Shown: piece after piece, positions 14,080-28,200 of the stretch | Numbering within the stretch: the first letter of the stretch is position 1 | How the letters are laid out: every line of letters starts with the position of its first letter | Assembly: GCF_009914755.1 (NCBI RefSeq) | Contig: NC_060932.1 | Strand: one strand, 5' to 3' | Origin: the human T2T-CHM13v2.0 reference genome, Homo sapiens | DNA length: 64,000 nt | Notes under the pieces: model-generated | Databases searched by the model: none | Told to the model about the DNA's origin: nothing | What the model saw: only the letters and a program-made list of their open reading frames with translations | Program-made: the position numbers and the translations under genes

Positions 14080-14375
14080 TTTTTTTTTTGAGACAGGGTC
14101 TCACTCTGTTATCCAGGCTGGAGGGAGTTCAGTGGTGTGATCACGGCTCCCTGCAGCCTCAACCTTCCAGGACCAAGCAATCCTTCTACCTCTTTCCCCC
14201 AAGTAGCTAGGACCACAGGCATGCACCACCATCCCCAGTGAACTTTTTTATTTTTTGCAGGGAAGAGTTCTCCCTATGTTGTCCAGGCTCGTCTCAAACT
14301 CCTAGGCTTAAATGATCCTCCCACCTCGGCCTCCCAAAGTGCTTGGATTACAGGCGTGAGCCACAATGCCCAGCC
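14080..14375 (-). mobile_element. AluJ (Jo/Jr-like)
   Basis: gagacagggtctcactctg, ctcctaggcttaaatgatcctccc J-type features; degenerate TSD ccctata. Confidence 0.95.
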
Positions 14376-14725
14376 CTATAATTCTCATTGTCATAGCTAG
14401 ATCATTACATGCAGGAGGGCAGAGACGATCCAGCTCTAGAAGCAACTTTAAGCCATTAGGACTGACTGCTTCCCTCCAAACTTACCACACACTTGGGTTC
14501 AAAAAAACGGGACCATATTTCAATGTTTTGCATTATTCATGCCATAGTCCTGAACTATTCACTCTAATTCATCTCATTTCTTGTTTCCTGCACTATTTTT
14601 CCTGGCTTTTAACCTTCTAGTCTGTCTTCTGACGGATGATCTTTCCTTGCTTCTTGAATTGGGTCCTGAACCTGAGACCTTCTTCAGCAGTGGGTAAGAG
14701 AACTGGCTTTGAAGCCAGTTTTTCT

Positions 14726-15071
14726 TTCTTTTTTTCATATTATACTTTAAGTTCTAGGGTACATGTGCACAATGTGCAGGTTTGTTACATATGTACACAT
14801 GTGCCATATTGGTGTAACTCATCATTTACATTAGGTGTATCTCCTAATGCTATCCCTCCCGCCTCCCCCACCCCACGACAGGCCCCAGTGTGTGATGTTC
14901 CCCTTCCTGTGTCCAAGTGTTCTCACTATTCAGTTCCCACCTATGAGTGAGAACATGTGGTGTTTGGTTTTTTGACTGGATTAAGAAAATGTGGCACATA
15001 TACACCATGGAATACTATGCAGCCATAAAAAAGGATGAGTTCATGTCTTTGTAGGGACATGGATGAAGCTG
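14726..15071 (-). mobile_element. L1PA4-6 3' fragment with 5' inversion
   Basis: Antisense 3'UTR at 14726-14972, sense ORF2-end segment at 14973-15071; perfect 15-bp TSD gaagccagtttttct at 14711 and 15072. Confidence 0.95.
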
Positions 15072-15225
15072 GAAGCCAGTTTTTCTAAATTCAAATCCTG
15101 ATGCTGTCATTTATTAACAGTATGATCCTGGACAAGTTATTTTAATTTTCTAAACTTTAATTTTCTTAACTGTAAAGTGGTGCTCATAATAGCACCTACC
15201 TCTTGGTCTGCAGTCCAGTGCTCCT

Positions 15226-15556
<331 letters not shown>

Positions 15557-16344
15557 CTACCTCTTGGAATTCTTGAGAAAATAAAATGGTTTATATCCAA
15601 AACAATTAGAACAACAACCCAGCGCAGCTGAATTGCTCAATAAATGCTAGCAGTTGTGAGGCATTTTTCAGCCACCTCTACAGCCATGTGGACACTTTAG
15701 TCAACCTGAGAGAATACCCAGTACAGGTCATCTCCCAGATATTTTATACCTGATAATCCATGCTAGGTTCACTCAAGCAAACAGAGAAGAAAGCATTTAT
15801 TTCTCTTTGCTCTAACACAGAGGAAAGCATTATGATAAGAGCTAAGATTTTCTTATCCAGTGATTAATTTCTTATTGGATCCAGCTATTTAAATGGAGCT
15901 CCACAGAGAGTTAGTTAAATTAAACACAAAATTTCTTCTTCTTTTTTTTTTTTTGTCAAAGAAACACTTGCCTTGCTCTTCACTATATAGTAAAACTCAC
16001 TAATAAACCACAACATGTCTTACATGTCTGTTCCTGATCTCCATACTTGAGTGGTCACCAAGAAAGTATTGTACATTCAATCCATAGCATTTAATTTCCA
16101 TGGACCCTGCCTTTAACAGGTTATTATCTGGTTGTTAAGAGAAGACTAACACATAAGACATTATCAAAGAACAATAGAAGGTATATAATTAAGCACTGAG
16201 CCAAGTAAATGGTGCCGATTATAAATTCAGTAGTTCTGGAAAGGACACATCAGGTAATGGGTTATAGTAACTCACCTATTCACTCAACAAACACTTACTG
16301 AGTACCATCCAAGTGCCAGTTTCTGTGCTAGGCTCTGAACGTAG

Positions 16345-16665
16345 GTGGAGGACATTGGGATCTTTCTTCCCTGCAGTCTTCCATTCTTTCCTACGGCCCC
16401 CCATGGTATAACCATCATGCAGCTGGGTCATTCATTCTTCTGAGCCAAGCATGGTAAATTCATTCACCTTGCCAGTGATTGGTTCCTAAATGACCATTGA
16501 TGTTGAGAAGAATTGGCTTGAAACTTCTGGGAAAGTTCCTCCTTGGTCTGAAGAAACTATCCCAGGAAGACATACACCTTTTCCCTTGGTTGATGCCAAG
16601 CATGGATGTGAAGTCCTTAACTACCACTTACATCTTGCCACCAGCTTGCAAATAGAGAAGCAAGG

Positions 16666-16700
<35 letters not shown>

Positions 16701-16865
16701 ATAGAGAAACAGAGTCAGTGCCATTAGATTAAGTCAAGTTTTCATAGACCCCTACTTTTGGGCGTCCAGTAAAGGAATCCAGTACATTTCCTTATTCACA
16801 TTAGCTTAAGTTTTGCGCTTTTTTTTTTTGCCCCTGTTATTTGCAGTCATACATATTCTAACTTA
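16345..16865 (+). mobile_element. Old MLT1-type LTR containing a ~31-nt A run
   Basis: cttgccagtgattggttc...gcttaagttttg...tatttgcagtcatacatattctaact, resembles MLT1J/K/L. Confidence 0.5.
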
Positions 16866-17295
16866 TAGAACACATGAAAAAGACAAATGAAATACAATCA
16901 GTTCTCAAGGTGCTCACAGGCTAGTGTTGACAAACATGTAATCCTGCAGCATTGTAATTTGTTAGTTAAGTACAAGAGAATAATGGTTCAGGAATAAAAG
17001 TATATCAAAGGAAGGAGGAGTTGGCAAGATCTAAGAGAGGTAGCTTTACCAACTTTAATTAGTCTTTGAAGGGCAGTCAGTGAATAATGATAAAACAGTG
17101 AGTAATTGGCAATACCCCAGCTTATCACTGCAAAAATTGGCTTAATTCCTATTGTTTTGTCAATTTCAGTTGTTATTACTAATGTCTTAAGATAGGGAAA
17201 GGAGAATCTCTTCCTAGAATTATAAGCTAAAGAATATGTTCCTTTAGTTTGATTCCTGTTTCTGGATTCAGTCTGGAAGTTTCTGTTTGCAAGGC

Positions 17296-17650
<355 letters not shown>

Positions 17651-18144
17651 TAGAAAATCAGAACATTTTACCCAGTGTGCATAAGTTTTCGTAATTATGT
17701 GCATGTAAGGAAAAAAACATTTTTTCTGTTTGATATCATTAGATGGTTGAAATTACACTTTCATCTATCTTTCTCTACAGAAAGAGATTTTTTTCTGCCA
17801 GCTAAAAAAAATCCAGATATTCATTGACTAGACTTGTGATTATCTATTTTACATAAGACTTGGGCTTCATCGTATAACTTAACTGTAATATTGAAGATTT
17901 CCAAGTTAAATTTGGGAAACAATGTTAAAGCCTTGCTAAGATTGTGGTTAGGAGAAGCCGTAGTATAGAAGCTTTATTTAGTTGAGCTTCAAATGCTCAA
18001 ATTAATTTCCAGCATTTTCCAATGTTTATAAATAAAATCATTGCTCATGGCAATGTTTCCGTGATGGGACTTTCTGAGGAAGTCTCTCAGGAGACCACTC
18101 AGGTCCCCAGAGTTGGTTAGCAGCTCCCTACATGCTGTCTGGTG

Positions 18145-18355
18145 TGCTAGGGAATAAATTTACAGATATTAAAAACCTAGATTTTAGAATCAGACTGACC
18201 TGGGTTCAAATCCTGGTTCTGTACCTTATTAGCTGTGTTATTTTGAGCAAGTTACTTAGTCTCCCTGTGTCATTGTGGTAAAATAAAAACAAGCTAAGAT
18301 TATTTTGAGAATTAAATCAAATAATATAGTCAAGTTTCTTAAAAGAGTGTCTGAC
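18145..18355 (+). mobile_element. MIR
   Basis: gaatcagactgacctgggttcaaatcctggttctg...agctgtgttattttgagcaagttactta. Confidence 0.75.
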
Positions 18356-18529
18356 ATTCATTGTCTTTGAACAAATTTATTGAACTAGAGACATAAGGCA
18401 GACAAAAGTAACCCCCACGAGGCTTCTGTAACAAATGCTCAACAAATAATATCCAAATAGCCATTATTATTTTTAATAAGATCTTTTTATTTCCTGGGAC
18501 ATAACCATTATCAAGTGCTCGGAGAGAAA

Positions 18530-19257
18530 AATCAAAGAATGATCATAGATTCCTCCATTGCCTCCTGCCTCCCAGCCCATATCCATTCTATCATGTCATG
18601 CTTTGAGAATGGGTCTTCTCCACTTCACCTGCTGCCATGCCAGTCCAGGACCGTTATGCAAATCATAGCCCTTTTTTTGAACTTCTTATGACCATCTTGG
18701 CCATCCATTCTTCTTACATCCATTCTGCACATACTGGTTGCTGATTTTTTTTTTTTACCATTAACATCATTGATTTTATTTGCCCCAAACCTTCAAATGA
18801 CAAACCATTCCACGTGAAATTAATGTCAACTCTTCCCACGTTTCTTGAGCGGGGTGCTGCCTTACCTCTTCTTAACATCATGCACCCTGTATAGCACTAT
18901 TTTCTAGACACCCTAGCCTTCCTGATGCTCCTTCAGCAAACCAAAAGCCGTTGCTCTCACTCTTCTCCCTCCTATGTCTTCATAGAGCTGGCCCCTTATC
19001 ATGATTTGAAAGTCAGCTCAAATGGACTTCCTTAGGTTGTTCTTCTGCAGCCGGTCTCAAAATAATACCCTATTTTGTCTTCTTCATAATATGAAATGAG
19101 TTTGTCTACTTATTTATCTTTCTACAACTTCTGTAGCTTTCTAGAATGTAAGATGCTATAAAGGCAAATACCTCATCTACCCTGTCAGCTGCTAGATCCC
19201 TTGTGCCTTAAAAGAGTACATGGCACATAGTAAGTACATAATGAATGTTTGTTGACT
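18530..19257 (+). mobile_element. L2 3' region
   Basis: ctagaatgtaagatgct...tggcacatagtaagtacataatgaatgtttgttgact terminus. Confidence 0.65.
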
Positions 19258-20704
19258 AGTATCATACTGAGACTCCAAATGCTGCTTCAGTTTATTAACA
19301 AGTTTCCCAAGTCATTTAACTTCCTACTTGGGGGAGTTTAGACCCTTAGAGTTATGAGTTCAAAGAACAGAGACCCAGGGAGGTGATGAGTCTTACAGAA
19401 TTAGTTAGTGTTAGAGCCTAGACAAGATCCCTGGGGCTTCTAAGATCTAGATGAGCACCTTGCCATAATATTGGTTTGCTAGGCATGAGTCCTCTGACCC
19501 TCTAGATTGTCCAGAAGAAGGCAATGAAGTTTGAAATCATATCAATCACTTTCAATGGAATTAAGACCTGGACTGGGTGGAGGAGGAGAACTATGCTACT
19601 GAAACCAAATAAAGATGGTACAAGGGCAGAGAAGGCACTAGAGTACAGAATCCCACACACACACAAATTACTTCTTTATCACCATGAGTGGAAGGACCTC
19701 AGATTCGGAGCTACAAGTTGTCAACATTCAAAGCATGTATCGAACACTGTTCTGATTAATAGAATTATAGAATCTCAGCATGGAAAGATAACCCTTCTCA
19801 CATGTTTTACACCATTTACAGTATGTCTGCCTAGAAGTCATCCACCTCACTTTAAGTATCTACAGTTAGGAAGAACTCACTGAATCCCAAGTAAGCTTAT
19901 TCTGTCTTTCAACAGCTCTGATTATAAGAACATTTTTCATTAAACTGGGCTAAAAACCACTGTTGTATATTTTATTGATTCTAGTTTTGCCATGTTGGGT
20001 TATCTAAAGGCAGCTATCATGTCACCCCCGAGTTTTCCTTTGTCCAGGTTTTTCTAATACTTTTTCTATGGAATGATCTTTCATTGACAAAAGGTTTATT
20101 TTTGCTGGTCTTTCCCTCTCTACATGGTTGGATATATCAGCATTCCTCATGAAGTAGGTCTTCAGGTATAGGAAGAGCAGTTTAGAAGCCAGAACTTTCC
20201 TTGCACTGGAAATTATATTTATGTAATGTAACTAAAGTTATTAGTCTATATGAGTACTCGCAACCACCCCCAAGCCACCTCCAGCCCATTAAAAATAATC
20301 CAGCATTGACTTCTAGGTTCCCACTCCCTCCCAGTCCTACTAAGGAAGGATTTTTGCTTGCTGAGAGAGAAGCTAAGTTGACCTACATAATAAAGTGATA
20401 AAGGGGTTGTGGCCTGGTTATCAAGGAAGAGTTTTTTTGGAGCTCAAGTTTATAAGAAGGAAACACTAGAGCAACTGCGGGTATAAGGGAATTGGAGAGA
20501 AAAAGAAAAGGTGGCATTATGAAGCACCAAGGTGGCTTAGTAATGGAATTCTCTTAGATGTTCTCCAAGAAATTCAAGTAGAAATTTCTAGTTCCTTTTA
20601 ACTGCCTTTAGTTGTTACACTATGTTCCCTTGAATGTGACACACCACTCTATGACAACAGTGGTCACTGAATTTATAAAGTTATGCACATTAAAAATTAA
20701 TTCC

Positions 20705-20935
20705 ATAGCAATGATAATGATTTATACGTACAATTATTTCACTGTACTAAGGAGTTGACATTTATTATCTCATTTAATTCTTAGAGCAAGCCTTTGAGAT
20801 ACATGCTATTATAATCCCCATTTTTTCAGATGAGGAGACTGTAAAACAGAGGTAAAAGAAATTGTTTACAGCTAAGCAATGGTATAGTTCTCAGACCCAT
20901 GTCTGTCTAACTCTAAATCCCGTACATTATGCCTC
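20705..20935 (-). mobile_element. MIR
   Basis: attatctcatttaattct...tattataatccccattttttcagatgaggagactg. Confidence 0.7.
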
Positions 20936-22444
20936 ATGGTAGTCCTTGAGCAGAATGGCCTCAGTGCTTGTCCAGAAAGAAAAAGATAAACAGCTAGAGG
21001 GATGAGCCTGGAATCCAGGAATTATCTGCTGCTCCAGGGAGACCATACTACCTAAAACCTGTCTCAAGGCTGACAGTCCAGCACTGAGATCATTGAGATC
21101 AGAAACAAAATCAAACTGATATTGAGGTTTCTGGAACATTCCTTAGAAAAAGATCCAAACTTTCAAAAACTTCAATCTTATTTTCCACAATATTGATGGC
21201 ACAATTTTAGCCCATGGCTATTTTTTTCCTTCTTGAACACATCAATTCAGAAATTTTAAAGAACAAAATTGTGTTCACAAAAATGTAATTGATAAAACTA
21301 ACTCTTTCCTAGCTGACTTTTTATGGCTTCAGCTAAAATTCAAGCTAAACTGAATTCCATAATGGACCATACTTCATAATAATTGTAGTCTATTTGTATG
21401 CAAATAGCTGAACGACATCTCTCAATTTCAGACTCTGGCTGTAAACTCACATCAGTTTTGGGTAGATTCTAATTATGAATCTGATATAATAGGTGTTGAA
21501 TTAATGAGAATCTCTGACACCAGTTTTGAGAGTTAACACTCATTATTCACTATTTGAACCTTAAAAATGGAGTATCTTTATGATAGAATGTATTGGGTGG
21601 TACCATTATCTAGTAACTATTTGATCTGAAATGGTTATTTAATTTCTTCCAGACCACAGTGTTAGAAAAATGAGAATAATAATGATTCCATGATAGGATT
21701 ATTGGATAATGAAAAAAGATAATGTATACAAAGTACTTAGGAAAATATTTGTGGATCAATAAATTACAGTTTTTTCTGCTCTCTGTTGCTAGATCAGCTG
21801 AAGGTCCCTCCAAGTGGCCAAAACTTAGTAACTCCTTCATAAGGCATTGCCTTGCTACAGATGTCCTCAAAAAGCTTCCCTCCGTGATGAGAGCCCAACT
21901 TTAATGTGAACACAGAGACAATCTTTAATAAGAACTGAGGAAGCAGGAATCAAACTCATAAGACAGGGCCAGGTAGACACATACATAAGGTCTGCTCAGG
22001 GTCAACAACTTGCCCACCTAGTATCACATAACACCCTCTGGCATTAATGATGCCCATCCTGCCTTGCATTTCTGAGGACAAGGGCCATAGAAGGAAGGCA
22101 ACGTTCTTTCCAGGAGATGTTTATTTTTCCATTAATAAAGGGAAATTACTTTGTTGGTTGAGAGCCCAGATTTTAAAATTACTCCCATGGCTGTATCTAA
22201 AACCAATTAAATGTTTTAAAACTCAAATTTGTTTGGCATAATAGAGTTGAGGCTGTCAGATCTTGTGACATGGCCAGTCATAAAATGTTCCCTGGGAACC
22301 GAATGGGGCATACTGGGGGGAGTGGGAAGAGAGAAATCATAATCACTTATGTTCAGAGGGGCATAGCAAATGCCTGGGTCAAACCCAGCTTCTGAGAACA
22401 GGAAAAAATCCATCCAAATGGGTGGAAGATGGTTATCCTACTTG

Positions 22445-22935
22445 TTGGCAGTATAGTGTGATTAAAGGACACCAGGCTTTAGAATTGGACAAACAGATCT
22501 TGGCTCACATCCGGGCTCTGCCCTTTATTATCTGGGTGACATTGGGTAAGTTACTGACCTTGCCAAGCCTCAATTTCTTCAGTTGTGAAATGAGGATCAT
22601 AATATTAATTTTTTTATGGTGGCTAGGATAATGTAAGTAAAACACTTGGCTCAATGCCTCATGGATTATAAGTGCTCAACAAATGCTAGATGTAGTTATT
22701 GTCATTTTATTGTTGTCGTTTGTGTGTTAGCAGCTATTATGTACTAGTTAATCCACCTATTTTGTCTCTTTTCTTTAGGATAAAACACCCTGTGATGTTA
22801 CTATTAACATACCATTTTATAGAGGAGAAAACTGGCTCATATATCCAATACCACATAGTTAAGAGAAAGCAGAGCTGAAATTAGAACCTAGGTCTGGCTG
22901 ATTTCAAAGCCCATGCTATCTCCGTTGCTTCCATC
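22445..22935. mobile_element. Two MIRs (about 22445-22705 plus, 22780-22935 minus)
   Basis: ctgggtgacattgggtaagttact...gcctcaatttcttcagttgtgaaatgagga; ccattttatagaggagaaaactg...gaacctaggtctggctga. Confidence 0.7.
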
Positions 22936-23689
22936 ACTACTGTGGAAGTGAAAAGCTTCACTTGTAAGATGTGGGCTGTAATCTAAGAAAGGCTTTGATA
23001 TGTGAAAGTAAGCAATAACAGGACATCCTGACAGGTGAGTATGTAGAATCCTGGGGGAAATTTATTCAGAGATCTGGACAAACAGGGCTGTGTTCAGGGA
23101 TATCAGCAAAGTCGATCCCAAGGGTGGATTCAAGGGCTCAAGGTTACAAGGCCAGACTCAGAACAGAGCTGGCTCACACACCAGGGTAGGTGGCTCCAGG
23201 TTACCCAGAAGCCCGCTAGGGTTTTTAAAGCCCCTGTTGGCAGAGGGAAGAACTAGGTTCAGGGTATGGGGTGGCACCAGCTAATCTGCAAGTGGGTCTC
23301 AAGTAGATCCAGATGTGGGGAGGAACAGAGGAGAAGCAAGAAATCAGGCAAGTCCTGACATCAGCAACAACTAGTCGATTGATGCTTTTTTTTTTTTTAG
23401 CTTTGCAACAGTTTCCCTGAAATTGTGCAGACAGTCTTAAACCTGTCAATTCTGGAGGCTCCTGATTTATATATGAACACTGCACTGTCATTCTCCAAGT
23501 GCAAAACTACAAAATGCAATGTTTCTTTCTCTTTATAGCTATCCATTCTTCCATGACCTTGAGTTTAATGACAGCTGCTTCTCTAGTTTTTCCAGTTATT
23601 AGGGACCTTCTCCATGAGCATTAGCAATTCTAGAAATTAGGTAACACTCCCTGGCCTATGACTTGCACCTGTGACCCATGACAGAGGCA

Positions 23690-23882
23690 GAATTCATCTA
23701 TTGCAGAGTCAGCACATATGGAAAAATAGATGAAGTCACTGCCTTATCCATGTCCATGGCAGACATTATTAATCAATCACAGCACTCTTTGTAATTTGGC
23801 CTAGAAAATCTTCACAATTATGCTCCAAATCTAATCAATGGATTAGATTTAGCACATGATAAAACTTACTGACCAGTGAAGC
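23690..23882 (-). mobile_element. MER102-like (hAT) fragment
   Basis: ccatggcagacattattaatcaatcacagcactcttt is the reverse complement of the recalled MER102 core. Confidence 0.6.
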
Positions 23883-24084
23883 CTAGTGGTTTACCTTTCA
23901 ATAAATCACTGAATTAAAAATAAAGCTAATAATGGCAGTTTTAAATTGACTTTCTGGTTAATTGTACAAATAAATGCCTAAGTACATTGGAATCTGGACA
24001 GAATAAGAAAAGCAAAAACAAATTTTAAAAATCCTCATTATAGAAGAAGGAATAAGGAACTCTGAATTCTTTTATTAGCTATCT

Positions 24085-24340
24085 GACTTAATTCAGCTAT
24101 GTGAGCTTCTACTATATGTCAAGCTGTATTCTAAGAACTTTACATGTTATCTCATTTAATACTCATAAAATATTAAATATATATTTTCATTGATTTTTTT
24201 AAAAAATAAAGAATAGAATATTAAAGAGGCTAAATAACTCCATAAAGATCATGCAAGGTCATCAGAGATAGCAATGAGATTTAAATCCAGTCCACCTAAT
24301 TTTGCAACCAGTGCCCTTAACCTCTACATTCTATACTGTC
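24085..24340 (-). mobile_element. MIR
   Basis: tactatatgtcaagctgtattctaagaactttacatgttatctcatttaat. Confidence 0.65.
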
Positions 24341-25404
24341 TAACCAGATATATAAAGGCCAAAAGAAAAAGAAAAAAGCTAAGTTGGCAAACAATGGGCA
24401 TGCCCTAGATTCAGAATATTCTTAAGGTGATAGGAGTTGCTAAGACAGCAGCAGTTCTTTCAAGGCTTCACATCAGTCTGCCCCCTTGGGGACCAAAGAG
24501 AATCAGGAGCCATGGCAGTGCAGGACAATCATGCTCCACAATCCCAATGGATTGGGACATCGGAAAATTTCCCTTTGGGAAATTCTGTTCCAGCAGTTAA
24601 CTAGGACATGAAATAAAGACTACGTGGGCACATGGCCCATGATTTTCTCTGCTCTATCAGGTTGACTGACTTAACAGAATCTCTCTTCTCTCTAGAGGCA
24701 CATGCATAGCCCCAACAGATGCCCTTGCCATGCAAGGGAGGATGAACTATGACAGTCAATGTCAACCCATCAATTACAATGTAGGGATCAATCCTAAAGG
24801 TCTTGTCATTCCTGAAGTCTGTTGTAGCCACCACCTCTCATTTCCTTGGCTTATGAGTAGTTCCAAGGGAGACGGGAGCGCAGTTGGGAGCTGGAGGACC
24901 CCACTCCTGTTCAAATAGCAATTAAACCCCTCAAATCTTCTCTTGCAGAAAGAAAATTGTGGCCACTCTAGCATGAGCTTCCTCAACTTGTCTCCATCTC
25001 TGTTTTTCTCTATTATCACTTTTTTCTTCCTTTTTTGTGCTTTCAGAAGAGAAGCGTCTCCGTATTGACCAATGCTGCTGCTGCTGCTTCTGGTGCTCTC
25101 TTCTGCAGTTTCCCTGGGACATTGCTCCATTGATTCTCTCCTCCCTATCTTAAAGAGAAGAGAGATAACCCAGGCAGTCAAAATTTTCCTATAGCCTGTA
25201 AAACATTCTTTCCTTTGAGCCTGCTACCCTGCTATTGCCTGATCTCTTTCTTTTCTCACTCTCCACCAACATTCTTGCAAAAGTAATGTGCACCCACCAG
25301 CCTCTACTTAATCACCACCACTCACTCTATTACCCCCAGAATAACACATCTGTCACCACAACTCCAAGAGAAATGACTTCTTTTTGGTCAACCACATGGA
25401 TATT

Positions 25405-25890
25405 TGTATCAGATTGTGCAGAGAAGACTTCCGTTTATAAATGAAAGAAACTAAGTCACCCTATTCAAGACTAAAGGGGGAAGGGAGTGTTTGTTTACTG
25501 CTTCACATGCCCAAACCTTGAAAAGGGCAGGAATGGACCTGGCCAGAGAACATCATCAGGATGCTCTGTGTGACTGCCCATCTGTCTCTCATTTCTATCG
25601 TTGTGTGCCAACAGGGAAATGGGGCCATAGACCATTCTGGTCTCACGTTTTTCATTGTGTTCCCCAGTTTGTTGGGAAAATCCAGAGAAAGGAATCAATT
25701 GGCCTGCCTTGATTTGTATAGCCACTTCTTGAACCATTTACTGTGGCCAGAGGAAAGCCATGGCAGTTGGATCAGCCTAGGTCCTGCGTCTACAAGGCTA
25801 GCTAGAAATGGGCAGCATTCTGGTATTAGAAGCAGCTGGGGAACCACATACATGCCTGCTGGGGAAATCATAAACTCTACAGCCACCATG
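25405..25890 (-). mobile_element. Old MLT1-type LTR
   Basis: aattggcctgccttg...gccacttcttgaaccatttactgtggccagagg...gttggatcagcctaggtc. Confidence 0.5.
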
Positions 25891-27561
25891 ATTTATGTCT
25901 ACTAAACAGACTTATGTGTACAGTTGAGTATTGTGCAGAATAAAATAATAGATGGTGGAATGGTGGTCATCATCAAAATCACACAGTTATGAAGGCTGAG
26001 CAAAACTATTAAGATATATTTGCAATTCTAGCCAAACATGTATTTAAGATCTTATGTCAAGTAGACCTAATGCATCTATGGGATCTGAGCTCTTTGACCT
26101 GAAGGGACATCCAGTAGGGCCAGATGTCCCAAAATATGAGCTCCACCTGCCTGCTGCTTTTTTGCCTCTGGAAACCCCTTTTAGTTTCAAATTTTCACAA
26201 TTCAAGTGCAAACCCCTATGAGAGGGCTCCTGTCATAGTTACAAATTAACAGCCCTGGAAAGAGTAGTTCACAGACAAATCTGAACAAAAAGACCCTGCA
26301 GCAACAGAACCAGAAAACTCCTGGGAATTTTGGGACAGTGGAAAAAGGAAGTGGAGCTGCAGGAGCAACAAGTCTTTCCCAGCTTGAATTTAGCAGACAG
26401 TAATATCATATGTCAGGAGAGTGCTCTGACATTTTCTAAACATTATTATCCCCCTCGACAGAAGAAAACAGTGAGGCTGAGAAAGATTTGTTAAGGACTC
26501 GTCTTGTGTCAGGTGAACTAAATACTGCCCAGGATTTAGCTCAACCCCATTGTGCAGATGAGAAAACTAAAACTCCAAGAACCTGACCACATTTACACAG
26601 CTGCATAGTGGCAGGTTTGGAATTCTCACACAGATCTATTTACCTGGCTCCAAAAGACTGCAGATGGGGCAGTGAATAAATACGATAATTGGTTTCAGAA
26701 AGTAGGTTTTTTGACTTCCAAGTTAGTGCTCTTTCTGAGGAGTATACCACCTTTCTTATTTAAACCATAATGTTGAACAAAGCATTTCCACAAGAGCAAT
26801 GTCCTTTTTTCTCTTTACATCTGCGAGGCAGGCAGGAGGTGGATGATTTTCCCTACTCAACAGCTAAGGGGACCAAGGCTCTGATGATAAACTTAGCCCA
26901 GTCAGGATGTCATTCTAAACCCAGCAGGGCTGGGAGCCCTGCAGGCACTTTGCTTTTGCTTTCTGTAATCACCTTCCCCCGAGTTCAGCCAATCCTGGAA
27001 CCAGGGCCAGGCTGGCTGTGTTTGAGTGAGCTCATCTCTCCACGTTTTTTAGCTTCAATTCCTCATAACTGTTTTACATTCTGAGCCTTGCTCTTATTTT
27101 CAGTCTTTCATGAAGAAAAGTTGTTACATTAGAATTGAGTGACTGTCTGCCTCGTTCCTCATCTCGAATTGTATTTTTACATTATCAAGTAAATTAAAAG
27201 CCATACATTACAGAAACTCATTTAAAATTCTGTTTAGTGCATATTTGCAGAACTTTTGCTGATTCAATGAATGCCTCACTTACCAATCATGTGTAAATCA
27301 GCGTTTTGCTGTGGGGAATACTTTAGGGCCGGCTGAACTGACAGCATCCAGTTGGTACTTTCTCAAGTTTCAGGTTATCTCTAGCCCTCCACACCTGAGC
27401 CTGGGAATAAGGGGGAGCTGAGCCCAGGAAGGCAGTGTGACTTCTGGGGCATGTGCCCACGACTTCACACCTCAAGAAGAAGGGGGAGATGGCGCATTCT
27501 CGGTAGTGGCAGCATCTCTGGCAGAATCATCACTATTATAGTAACACTACCAATAGCCAAA

Positions 27562-27730
27562 ACTGGCTTCCTGGGCACACTACCTGTGCAGTCATGAAAA
27601 GCACAGTGATGAAAGGGCCCCGTGCTTAGTTTAATTATCTGCTATTGCCAAATGAAATGCTTGATCATTTTTTAGCAAAAGTCTCTCATTTTCATTTTTG
27701 CAGTACACATCACACAGTCAATTTTGTTGA
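27562..27730. mobile_element. MER53 (hAT)
   Basis: ggcttcctgggcacactacctgtgcagtc...aagggccccgtgcttagtttaat...cattttcatttttgca. Confidence 0.7.
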
Positions 27731-27814
27731 CAGCTGTCACTTAGTGAAGATTTTTCTCTAAGTTAGACCTTGAGCTTCTCTTGCATCATCTAATTTAATA
27801 CTTACAATATTCAG

Positions 27815-28200
27815 TTATTCAACAAATATTGAGCCACTCATTAGGTACCAAGCACTGTGCTAAGCCCCAGGGATGCTAGAATAAACAAGACAGGCGTGGT
27901 CTCTACCTTCATGGAACTTACATTCAAACAGTATAATCAAAAATAAATCAAAATTGTAATAACTGTTCTCAAGGAAAAAACAATAATAAAAGACCAAGGT
28001 AAATATATTAGAAAGGGTTCATTTAAAATAAAGTGACAAGGAAGGGCATTTCTGAGAGCCTAAGAGGTAACAATTCTTGTACCCATTTTACAGATAAAGA
28101 AACTGAATCTCAGATAGGTTAGGTGACTTAGCCAAAGTCATAGAGCCAGATAATGGCACTGGCAAGCTCTGAAATCAAGTCTTTCTGACCCAGGGGCCAG
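27815..28200 (-). mobile_element. L2 3' end (about 27815-28060) followed by a MIR
   Basis: tattcaacaaatattgagc...gcactgtgctaagc; cccattttacagataaagaaactgaatctcagataggttaggtgactt. Confidence 0.7.
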
